Source of the DNA: Candidatus Nanoarchaeia archaeon
Lineage (GTDB): Archaea; Nanobdellota; Nanobdellia; Woesearchaeales; UBA583
DNA length: 64,000 nt
Reading direction: 5' to 3'
Assembly (NCBI GenBank): GCA_050292425.1
Contig: JBNKLP010000003.1
Span: 7,419-71,418 of the forward strand
Shown: piece after piece, positions 48,287 through 56,355 of the stretch
How the letters are laid out: each line of letters opens with the position of its first letter
Numbering within the stretch: position 1 is the first letter of the stretch
Notes under the pieces: generated by a model
Told to the model about the DNA's origin: nothing
Databases searched by the model: none
What the model saw: only the letters and a program-made list of their open reading frames with translations
Program-made: the position numbers and the translations under genes

Positions 48287-48307
48287 CAATAACATCAATT
48301 AATTACT

Positions 48308-49228
48308 ATGGTTGATTTTGTAAAATTAGACGATGAGAAAAAAGACAAAAAAAGAAGAAAAAACTTCACCTTTTTCAGTTTCAAAGGATTTATAATAATA
48401 TTTTTATTACTATTCTTATTTACTTCATTAATATCTTCAATAACCTATTCTTTGTCTCCAAAAATAGCAGTTGTGCCAATTTCTGGAGCAATAATGACAG
48501 AAAGAACTTCTAGTTTATATGGATATGATTCAATATCTTCAAGGGAAATAGCATCTACTCTTCTTGATTTGAAAGCAGACACATCAGTAAAAGCTGTTTT
48601 ACTTGACATAAACTCACCAGGAGGATCTCCTGTAGCATCAGAAGAAATTTCAAAAGCAATTGAATCTGTAAGAGAAGAAAAACCAGTTTATGCTCTAATT
48701 AATGATGTTGGGGCATCTGGAGCATTTTGGATAGCAGTTTCAACAGATAAAATATATGCATCTTCAATGTCCACTGTTGGAAGCATAGGTGTAACATCAG
48801 CAGGACTTAGTTTTGAGAATTTCATAAAAGAATACAACATTACATACAGAAAACAGACTGCTGGAGAATACAAGGATATGGGCTCAATATTTAGAGAACC
48901 TACTGAGCAGGAAGAGGAGAAAATTCAACAAATTTTAGATGAAATTCATATAAACTTCATATCACATGTGGCAAATGGAAGGAATATGAGCTATGAGGAT
49001 GTAGAGCCATATGCAACAGGAGAAATATTTTTAGGTTCAAAAGCAAAAGAAATTGGTTTTATTGATGAAATTGGATATTATCCTGATGTGATTGCAGATT
49101 TAAAAAATATTTCAACAAATGCTTTGGTAGTTACTTATGGTCCTCAACCAACTTTTCTTGAAGTGCTAGGTATTGAGGCAATGTTTGACTGGTCACCTTC
49201 TGCAAAATCTCAAATTTTGCTTCAATAA
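48308..49228 (+). CDS. sppA: signal peptide peptidase SppA (S49, 36K type)
   Basis: N-terminal TM; LDINSPGGSPVASEE and NDVGASGAFWIA motifs. Confidence 0.85.
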   Translation: MVDFVKLDDEKKDKKRRKNFTFFSFKGFIIIFLLLFLFTSLISSITYSLSPKIAVVPISGAIMTERTSSLYGYDSISSREIASTLLDLKADTSVKAVLLDINSPGGSPVASEEISKAIESVREEKPVYALINDVGASGAFWIAVSTDKIYASSMSTVGSIGVTSAGLSFENFIKEYNITYRKQTAGEYKDMGSIFREPTEQEEEKIQQILDEIHINFISHVANGRNMSYEDVEPYATGEIFLGSKAKEIGFIDEIGYYPDVIADLKNISTNALVVTYGPQPTFLEVLGIEAMFDWSPSAKSQILLQ

Positions 49229-49268
49229 AAACTTTTATTAATAATATTTAATTATTCTAATTCATTAT

Positions 49269-49817
49269 ATGGAAAGAAATGAATGTAAATATTTAGTAAA
49301 TGACTTTATTTCAACAGCAAACAGAATTGCAAAAAATCATAGTTTTAATAAAGTTAATTTTGCAGATTACTTTGATATTAGAAGTTTAATTGGATTAATA
49401 ATGACAACAAATATAACTGAAGATTCAAGATTTCATTCTTCTATCGACATAGCTGAATATAAATCACCTTCACTTAATATTGAGTTACTGCCAAAATATT
49501 TAATTCAGAATGGAAGTTATCTGACAGGAAAAAAAATTTCTAGAAGTTTGCCAGATGAAGATATGGATTTGTTGAGAATTTTTGAAAATATTTCAAATGT
49601 TCTGATTTTTACAAATGTGGGATATTGCCTTTTGGGTAGGGTGAACTTTGACTTCAAAAGAACTTTAGAAAGGTTTTCTGTACCAGTTTTAGGACTTTCG
49701 AATAATGCAGCAAATCAAACTCTTTCAAACAAACTTCTTGAATGGGAACAAGAAAGTATGATTACAGATGTTTCTCCATATAATTTTGAACCTATTTATT
49801 TATCTCAAAATTTATAA
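49269..49817 (+). CDS. hypothetical protein
   Basis: 182-aa soluble ORF. No motif recognised. Confidence 0.5.
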   Translation: MERNECKYLVNDFISTANRIAKNHSFNKVNFADYFDIRSLIGLIMTTNITEDSRFHSSIDIAEYKSPSLNIELLPKYLIQNGSYLTGKKISRSLPDEDMDLLRIFENISNVLIFTNVGYCLLGRVNFDFKRTLERFSVPVLGLSNNAANQTLSNKLLEWEQESMITDVSPYNFEPIYLSQNL

Positions 49818-49840
49818 ACTAACTTTAACATTAATCCTTA

Positions 49841-50374
49841 ATGAAAGCTCAATTATTGGATTTTACTAATGTCAAAGCACTAAGAAATACACTTAATGAT
49901 TATGATTTTAATTCAACAATTGCTAAAATAACCAATGAACTTGAAACTATACATACGGGATATGATTCTTTTATGGAAGAAATTCATCTTTACAATAATC
50001 CTTATGACAATGTAAAAATTGGTTATAAAAAATATGATAATTCTTTCTTAAGGTCTGATTTTTTTGTTCACTTTGATTTTGAAGGTGATTTTGTAAGATT
50101 TTATTCTGATGGTTCATTGGATATTAATTCAGATGATTTCTATACACAAAATAGAAAAATCTTTTCATCGGTTAAAAAAATTGAAACTCTAAGAAGTATC
50201 AATAGGAAACCTTCTAAATTAGAATTTTTGTCAATAGAGACTCTTAATCCAGAACATCCTAATTATCAATATTTTGGAGATAAAGGAGTGGATATAATGA
50301 GGAGGGTTGCATATAATTTTGATTTTTGGACACATTTCCCAGAACATGTTAATAATTTTCCAACTTCTTTATAA
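49841..50374 (+). CDS. hypothetical protein
   Basis: 177-aa Asn/Phe/Tyr-rich ORF. Exact TTTATAAA at 49811-49818, 23 nt upstream. Confidence 0.5.
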   Translation: MKAQLLDFTNVKALRNTLNDYDFNSTIAKITNELETIHTGYDSFMEEIHLYNNPYDNVKIGYKKYDNSFLRSDFFVHFDFEGDFVRFYSDGSLDINSDDFYTQNRKIFSSVKKIETLRSINRKPSKLEFLSIETLNPEHPNYQYFGDKGVDIMRRVAYNFDFWTHFPEHVNNFPTSL

Positions 50375-50407
50375 ATAACCTTTTATTTTTAATTTTTAGA
50401 AAAACAA

Positions 50408-51325
50408 ATGACATTCAAAATTCATTTTTTAGGAACTGCATGCATGATGCCAACAAAAGAGAGGAATCACATAGCGACAGCTTTAGAATACAATGAAAAC
50501 CTATTTCTCTTTGATTGTGGAGAAAACACTCAACTTCAGATAAAAAAGATGAAACTTCATCTGGGTAAAATTAAGAAAATTTTCTTATCTCATTGGCATG
50601 GAGATCATGTAATTGGACTCCCTGGATTGCTTATGACATTAGGTAACACAGATAATGTTGAAAAAGTCGAGATCCATGGCCCTAAAGGCTCAAAAACTTA
50701 TATTGAACACATGAAAAAGTCATGTATATTTGATGCAAAGCTAAAAATAGAAGTGTTTGAGCATGAACCAAAAAGGAACGCAGTAATTAAAATATTTGAT
50801 ACAGCAGAGTATGAAATAACTTGTGCTAAGCTAAACCATTCTGTTCCTTGCATTGGTTACTCATTCAAACAAAAAGATACACTTAATGTAGACAAGGAAA
50901 AAGCAAAGAAATACGGGTTAGAACAATCACCTTTACTTTCAAGAATTAAAATGGGACTTCCAATTGAACTTGATGGTAAAAAAATCAAACCTGAAGAACT
51001 CTGTTATGTAAAACAAGGAAAGAAAATTTCTTTTGTATTTGATACAAGACCTTGCAAGGAAATAGATATGCTTGTAAAAGACAGTGATTATCTAATAATG
51101 GAAGCCACATTCATATATGCTCAGCACGCGCAAAAAGCAGAAGAATACGACCATATGAGTGCTAAAGAAACAGCAGAAGTAGCACTTAGAAACGATGTAA
51201 AAAGCCTGATAATAACACATTTCTCACAAAGATACAAGGACATCAAAGATATCGAAGAAGAAGCAAAAGAAACCTTCGAGAACACTGTTGCTGCATATGA
51301 CTTAATGAGTGTTAAAGTAAAATGA
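50408..51325 (+). CDS. rnz: ribonuclease Z
   Basis: FLGTACMMPT, FDCGENTQ, LSHWHGDHVIGLPGLL (HxHxDH), ITHFSQRY. Confidence 0.9.
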   Translation: MTFKIHFLGTACMMPTKERNHIATALEYNENLFLFDCGENTQLQIKKMKLHLGKIKKIFLSHWHGDHVIGLPGLLMTLGNTDNVEKVEIHGPKGSKTYIEHMKKSCIFDAKLKIEVFEHEPKRNAVIKIFDTAEYEITCAKLNHSVPCIGYSFKQKDTLNVDKEKAKKYGLEQSPLLSRIKMGLPIELDGKKIKPEELCYVKQGKKISFVFDTRPCKEIDMLVKDSDYLIMEATFIYAQHAQKAEEYDHMSAKETAEVALRNDVKSLIITHFSQRYKDIKDIEEEAKETFENTVAAYDLMSVKVK

Positions 51326-51807
51326 ATGCAGATTTAATTGATATATTCAACTCTGTAAGGGATATTCCCTATAGGATTTCTTTGGTTTGTGGTCAAGATG
51401 CAAATTGTTGTGTGGATAAAACCTTAAAACTTTCTTCATTATTAAGAGAAAATGGTATGCAAACTAAGTTGGTTCATTGTGATTTTTTTTGGAGTCATCA
51501 GTTTTTTCTACCTAATGAACTTAGAAGAATTCCTCATAGTGATTCATCCTCTCATGTTTACTTAGAATTTTTATCTGGAGATAAATGGATAGCATTAGAT
51601 CCGACATGGGATAAAGGATTGGCATCAGTTTTGCCAGTAACTGTATGGGATGGAAAATCAAATACTCAAATTGCAATTAGACCTTCAACAATTTATTCTC
51701 CTCAAGATCATATTGATTTCATCTATTCTCAAGAAGACCTAGAAACAAATGGAGAATTCTACAGAGCATTCAACAACTGGCTTGAATCTATAAGAAGCTC
51801 AAAGTAA
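51322..51807 (+). CDS. transglutaminase-like Cys-protease-fold protein
   Basis: Cys (DANCCVDKT), His (SSSHVYLEF), Asp (WIALDPTWD) in the order and spacing of the transglutaminase core. ATGA overlap with rnz. Confidence 0.65.
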   Translation: MNADLIDIFNSVRDIPYRISLVCGQDANCCVDKTLKLSSLLRENGMQTKLVHCDFFWSHQFFLPNELRRIPHSDSSSHVYLEFLSGDKWIALDPTWDKGLASVLPVTVWDGKSNTQIAIRPSTIYSPQDHIDFIYSQEDLETNGEFYRAFNNWLESIRSSK

Positions 51808-51953
51808 ATTCTTAACAAACTCAACAATTTTCTCAATTATCATTAAAGAAATCATTTTGTATTTTTAAAAAATCAGTCCCTCATTTAAAATTATTAGTGT
51901 AACTTTTAGGTGTTTGTTTTAATTAACAATCGTTTAGAAAAAAAGCAGAAGAT

Positions 51954-52322
51954 TTATTCTCTTCCCTTGTGAATGTGTACATTTTTAGGAGCAGCCAGAA
52001 TCCAGTTCTCATGGAATCCTACCAATTCACCGTTAACTGCTTCAACAGTCTTCTTAAGCTTGTCAACAGCTCTTCTTAATTCATCTGGATCCTTGTTTCT
52101 AAGTAAGTGAATATCAATAAGACACATAGTTTTTTCTCCTCTGATAACATCAAGAATGTCTCTGATGTTCTCATAATCATCAAGAACAAAAACTCTTACA
52201 TCAACAACTTTCTCATCATGATGTGTCTTTGTGTCAAATTCTGTGATAGCCAAATAGTCCTCACTCTCGTCCTCAACGAACTGGTCCTTTTTCTTTTTGT
52301 TAAAGTTAAATATTGCTCCCAT
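51954..52322 (-). CDS. sepF: archaeal SepF (FtsZ membrane anchor)
   Basis: N-terminal amphipathic MGAIFNFNKKKK, then the DUF552 core (VRVFVLDDYENIRDILDVIRGEKTMCLIDI..LRRAVDKLKKTVEAVNGELVGF). Confidence 0.8.
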   Translation of the reverse strand: MGAIFNFNKKKKDQFVEDESEDYLAITEFDTKTHHDEKVVDVRVFVLDDYENIRDILDVIRGEKTMCLIDIHLLRNKDPDELRRAVDKLKKTVEAVNGELVGFHENWILAAPKNVHIHKGRE

Positions 52323-52392
52323 TTGTCTTAATAAGTTTACTAACTAACTCATATATAAATCTTTGGATTTCAACTAAGTAAGTATAATTTCT

Positions 52393-52563
52393 TTACTTCT
52401 TAGATCTCTTTCTAACAGGTCTCATCTGCTTGGACTTACAAGCCCTGCAAACTGCTTTCCCTGCAAGAACTTTACTGATAGGAACCTTGACCTTACTCTC
52501 ACACTTCCTACATACATACACGTTTGTGTATAATCTTGCTTCTGCTTCTGCAAATTGTGCCAT
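52393..52563 (-). CDS. rpl40e: ribosomal protein eL40 (56 aa; not in ORF track)
   Basis: MAQFAEAEARLYTNVYVCRKCESKVKVPISKVLAGKAVCRACKSKQMRPVRKRSKK: the FxEAEAR start and CxxC..CxxC zinc ribbon of archaeal L40e. Confidence 0.85.
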   Translation of the reverse strand: MAQFAEAEARLYTNVYVCRKCESKVKVPISKVLAGKAVCRACKSKQMRPVRKRSKK

Positions 52564-52625
52564 TTTATATTATGTAAATCTAATTTGTTTTAAAAAGATA
52601 CCGCTAAAAAGCGATATTCAGGCAT

Positions 52626-53033
52626 TTACTCTGCCTTAATCTGCTTGATTATGATTTTACCCATAACTTGCCAGAACATTACAGTCTGACCAGCATCAAT
52701 GGAGTCTCTAATAGTCTCATCAGCAATCTTCTTGTCTGCAGTAATCTGCTCAAAAGTCTCCATATCCATAAGTTCGATATTATCTCCATCAACTGAAAGA
52801 ATTTGCCCGTCCTTTTTGTAGATAATTGGAACTTCCACATTATCATGTCCTGGTTTTACTACCTCTTTCATTCCACCAGTAATAATATCTATTGCCTTAA
52901 TTCTTACTTTTGCATGTCCATGCTTTCCTGGTCTTGAAGTTTGTGTATCCTTAACGATACAAGCATTTCCATCAACTAACAAGTAACTTCCTGCTCTCAA
53001 AGAACCTGCGTGTGCTAATTTAATATCTGACAT
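52626..53033 (-). CDS. eif5a: translation initiation factor 5A
   Basis: Hypusine loop TSRPGKHGHAKVR; SH3-like N-domain plus OB C-domain. Confidence 0.95.
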   Translation of the reverse strand: MSDIKLAHAGSLRAGSYLLVDGNACIVKDTQTSRPGKHGHAKVRIKAIDIITGGMKEVVKPGHDNVEVPIIYKKDGQILSVDGDNIELMDMETFEQITADKKIADETIRDSIDAGQTVMFWQVMGKIIIKQIKAE

Positions 53034-53188
53034 TCTTTATTTACCTCATATAATTTATATATTATATATACTAAAAAAAATTTAATTCCATTTATATAGT
53101 TTTGGGACTCCTTTTTGTAATTATTCTTTTTAATAATGCTTTAGAAATGTTTATAAGTTAACAAATACTAAAAAAAGAAGACTTAAAA

Positions 53189-53386
53189 ATGAGATTTATT
53201 GGCTTTTTACCAGTTCAAGAAAGATTACTAGTTGTATATGAACCTACTGATATCAATAAGGGTTATTCACCAACGGGTTATATGCCATTAACTAGGGAAG
53301 ACCTTCAAATAATAATAGATAATAATCAATATACTTCTCAAGAATCAAGCGGATTAGTTGGTAAAATTAAAAAGGAATCTAAATAA
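53189..53386 (+). CDS. hypothetical small protein
   Basis: 65-aa ORF with TTTATAAG about 33 nt upstream. No family recognised. Confidence 0.35.
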   Translation: MRFIGFLPVQERLLVVYEPTDINKGYSPTGYMPLTREDLQIIIDNNQYTSQESSGLVGKIKKESK

Positions 53387-53391
53387 TTTAC

Positions 53392-54054
53392 CTATTCATT
53401 AATTTTCTTCAAAGCTAGATTGTAAATCTCATCAACTTGCTCCTCAATACTCATCTCAGAAGTATCAACTTCAATTGCATCAACGCATTTAATAAGGGGA
53501 GAAATTTTCCTGTTCATGTCCTGAAAATCTCTTTTTTCAACAATTCTCTTGACTTCTTCAAGATTATATGTCTCTCCTTTTTTTACAAATTCGATAAGTC
53601 TTCTCCTTGCCCTTTCTTCAACACTAGCTGTTAGATAAATCTTAATCTCTGCATCAGGAATAATTACAGAACCAATATCTCTTCCTTCAGCAATAAATCC
53701 TTTCTCTCTAACAATCTCCTTTTGTTTCTGAGCTAAAAATTCTCTAACACAACTCAAAGTGGAATAATCTGAAGCTAATTGACCTACTTGTGCAGTTCTA
53801 ATCTTTGCTTCAACATCTTCTCCATTTATACAAATATTATTCTCTTCATTGAACTTCAAATCAATCTTCTCCAAATCATTCATAGTTACATCTGTTGGAA
53901 CAATTCTTTTTTCATACAAATAATAGCCAACTGCCCTATACATAGCACCAGTATCTAAAAAATTATAATTAAGTTTTCCTGCCAAAGCCTTTGCAGTTGT
54001 GCTCTTACCACATCCAACAGGCCCATCAATTGCGATGTTTATTCTTTTAGTCAT
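53392..54054 (-). CDS. cmk: cytidylate kinase, bacterial type 1
   Basis: IAIDGPVGCGKST P-loop, LDTGAMYRA, GRDIGSVI; 220-aa length typical of bacterial Cmk. Confidence 0.9.
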   Translation of the reverse strand: MTKRINIAIDGPVGCGKSTTAKALAGKLNYNFLDTGAMYRAVGYYLYEKRIVPTDVTMNDLEKIDLKFNEENNICINGEDVEAKIRTAQVGQLASDYSTLSCVREFLAQKQKEIVREKGFIAEGRDIGSVIIPDAEIKIYLTASVEERARRRLIEFVKKGETYNLEEVKRIVEKRDFQDMNRKISPLIKCVDAIEVDTSEMSIEEQVDEIYNLALKKINE

Positions 54055-54121
54055 AATTAATTCATAATCACTAAGTTTATAAAAATTACCTTATAGTGAA
54101 AATAATAACTAGAAATTAAAA

Positions 54122-54526
54122 ATGTTTGATACTAATGAAAAAAGAACCTCTGACCAAATTGACAATACCATGTTTAAATTAATTGTAGAAAATCTCCCAG
54201 ACTCAATAATTTTAACCTCCTTATCTATTGAAGCTCCAGGTCCAATAATTCTATATGTGAACCCGGCCTTCACAAAACTCACAGGATTCTCTAAAGAAGA
54301 AGTAATAGGAAAAACTCCAAGAATGTTTCAAGGAGAATTAACAGATAGAAAAACTTTAGATAAAATGAAAGAAACTCTAAAAGAAAAAGACACATTTAGA
54401 GATAAAATAATCAACTACAAAAAAGATGGGACTCCATTCACAATTGAGTGGAACATATCTGCTATAAGAGATAAAAATGGCAAAATAATACTCTGGCTAT
54501 CATCTCAAAGAGAAATAATTGAGTAA
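54122..54526 (+). CDS. stand-alone PAS domain, LOV-like but lacking the photoactive Cys
   Basis: ILYVNPAFTKLTGFSKEEVIGKTPRMFQG..NYKKDGTPFTIEWNISAIRD aligns with the LOV consensus ..YVN.aF...TGY..eEvlGrNCRFLQG..NYrKDGt.FwN. Confidence 0.8.
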   Translation: MFDTNEKRTSDQIDNTMFKLIVENLPDSIILTSLSIEAPGPIILYVNPAFTKLTGFSKEEVIGKTPRMFQGELTDRKTLDKMKETLKEKDTFRDKIINYKKDGTPFTIEWNISAIRDKNGKIILWLSSQREIIE

Positions 54527-54568
54527 ACAAAATAATAATATTAAACACTATAATTGAGCATATGAAGA

Positions 54569-55507
54569 ATGAAGCATATCAATCCAAAAAAATTAATTAA
54601 ACAAAATCCATTTGTTCTAGCTCCTATGGATGATGTAACAGATATAGCATTTAGAGAACTCTGTGAGCAAACTGGAGCAGCATACTCAACAACAGAATTA
54701 ACTTCAATAGATGCTCTAATTAGAGACAAAGTATTCAAATCAAGATATGAAAAAGGAAACTTAAAAACAAATTCAGTGCAGTTGTTCGGCTCAAATCCAG
54801 ATACATTTGTAAAAGCAGCCAAGTATGTTCAAAATGAAGCAGACATAATTGATGTGAACTTTGGTTGTCCATCAGCTACTGTAACAAAAAACGATGCAGG
54901 TTCATCTCTATTAAAAGACCCCAAAAACGTATCAAAAATTATCTCAAACTTAGTAAATGAAATAGACAACCCAATAACTGCCAAAATAAGACTTGGATAT
55001 GAAAAGACAAATGCACTTGAAATTGCAAAAGAAATAGAAGATGCAGGAGCAGAATTAATTGCTGTACATGGAAGAACAGCAAAACAGAAATACACTGGAA
55101 AGGCAAACTGGGAAGAGATAGAAAAAATATACTCCAATTTAAACATTCCAGTAATTGGTAATGGTGATGTCTCAAAAGAAGAAGATATTGATGATAAATT
55201 ACATTCAAAATGTGATGCCTTGATGATTGGAAGAGCAGCAATAGGCAATCCTTTCATATTTCAAAGATTCAACTATTACAACAAAAATAAGAAGAAACTT
55301 GAATTTGATCCAAAACAAAAACAAAAAGAATTGTTTTCGGAATACTTAAAAAAACTTGATGGAAGAGAATTTGCAAACATTAATCTAAAAATCTCCCGAC
55401 AAGCAATGTGGTTCTTCAAAGGCATTGAAGGTGCAAGAGAATTAAGAACAAAACTTGTTCATGAAAGAGATATTGAGAAAATAAAAGAGATAATAAAAAA
55501 ATTCTAA
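54569..55507 (+). CDS. dus: tRNA-dihydrouridine synthase
   Basis: FVLAPMDDVTD, DVNFGCP (catalytic Cys), VHGRT, IGNGD. Confidence 0.9.
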   Translation: MKHINPKKLIKQNPFVLAPMDDVTDIAFRELCEQTGAAYSTTELTSIDALIRDKVFKSRYEKGNLKTNSVQLFGSNPDTFVKAAKYVQNEADIIDVNFGCPSATVTKNDAGSSLLKDPKNVSKIISNLVNEIDNPITAKIRLGYEKTNALEIAKEIEDAGAELIAVHGRTAKQKYTGKANWEEIEKIYSNLNIPVIGNGDVSKEEDIDDKLHSKCDALMIGRAAIGNPFIFQRFNYYNKNKKKLEFDPKQKQKELFSEYLKKLDGREFANINLKISRQAMWFFKGIEGARELRTKLVHERDIEKIKEIIKKF

Positions 55508-56242
55508 TTACTCAACATCAACTCTAAAAGAATAACTAAACTCATTTGTAGCACTAAAAAGTCTCTGTTTTAAAATCTCAAGCATTCCTTCAACATGTCC
55601 AGCACCAACCACGGCCAAAATGGGACCCTCATGCTTTTCCTTAAGTTTCATCAGTCTATCACACATGTAAATATTTCTATCTGCAATAAGTATTTTGTAC
55701 ATATCAGGAACTTCTTTTTCAACAATTGAAAGCATCTTTACAATAGTTTCATCATCTGGAACTCCTTCTTTTACATCAAATTGCAAAGATTCTCTGTATT
55801 CTTTCTTGAAACTTTTAATAAAAAGATTAGAAAACATCTTCATTTTTTTTCCAAAACCAAGTGCTGAAAATTTCTTCAAAGTCTTCTTAATATGCAAATC
55901 AATAAGTGCTGTTGGAATTGAATTAGCTTTGGCTTCCAAATATGCTGTCTTCATATCGACTCCTGGATCAATATTTAGGGATTTTCCAATCTGAGATTGA
56001 ACAAAACCTGCTATCTGAGCAAAAACATATCCACTCACTCCAATTTCCTTAACAGTCTCAATCATTGATGGCTTTTGATGTCTTTTCCCATCAGACATAA
56101 GTTTTTTGAATCTGTCTATATCAAGTTCAATACCAACAACTTCTGGTTTAATTAATTCAATTGTCTCTTTAATCTCATTTGCAGACTGTTTTGCCACATG
56201 AGATGTTCCAAGTAAATAAATATTATCAATTTGCTTAATCAT
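55508..56242 (-). CDS. TraB/PrgY-family protein
   Basis: LGTSHVA, VVGIELD, VVGAGHVEG. ATG 56242 preferred over track TTG 56248; TTATAAA at 56266-56272. Confidence 0.8.
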   Translation of the reverse strand: MIKQIDNIYLLGTSHVAKQSANEIKETIELIKPEVVGIELDIDRFKKLMSDGKRHQKPSMIETVKEIGVSGYVFAQIAGFVQSQIGKSLNIDPGVDMKTAYLEAKANSIPTALIDLHIKKTLKKFSALGFGKKMKMFSNLFIKSFKKEYRESLQFDVKEGVPDDETIVKMLSIVEKEVPDMYKILIADRNIYMCDRLMKLKEKHEGPILAVVGAGHVEGMLEILKQRLFSATNEFSYSFRVDVE

Positions 56243-56355
56243 AGACAAAAATAACCATTATTTTATTATAAATTCATCGTTTTGATATAATCTGTTCTCC
56301 ATTCATTATTTTTTCCACACTAAGCTTTAAAAATAACTTTCCATAATTCAAAGGT

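Noticed and set aside
52430-52639. Track ORF of 69 aa on the plus strand.
   Set aside because: The opposite strand (52393-52563) encodes an unmistakable ribosomal protein eL40 with a zinc ribbon. The plus-strand ORF is its shadow.
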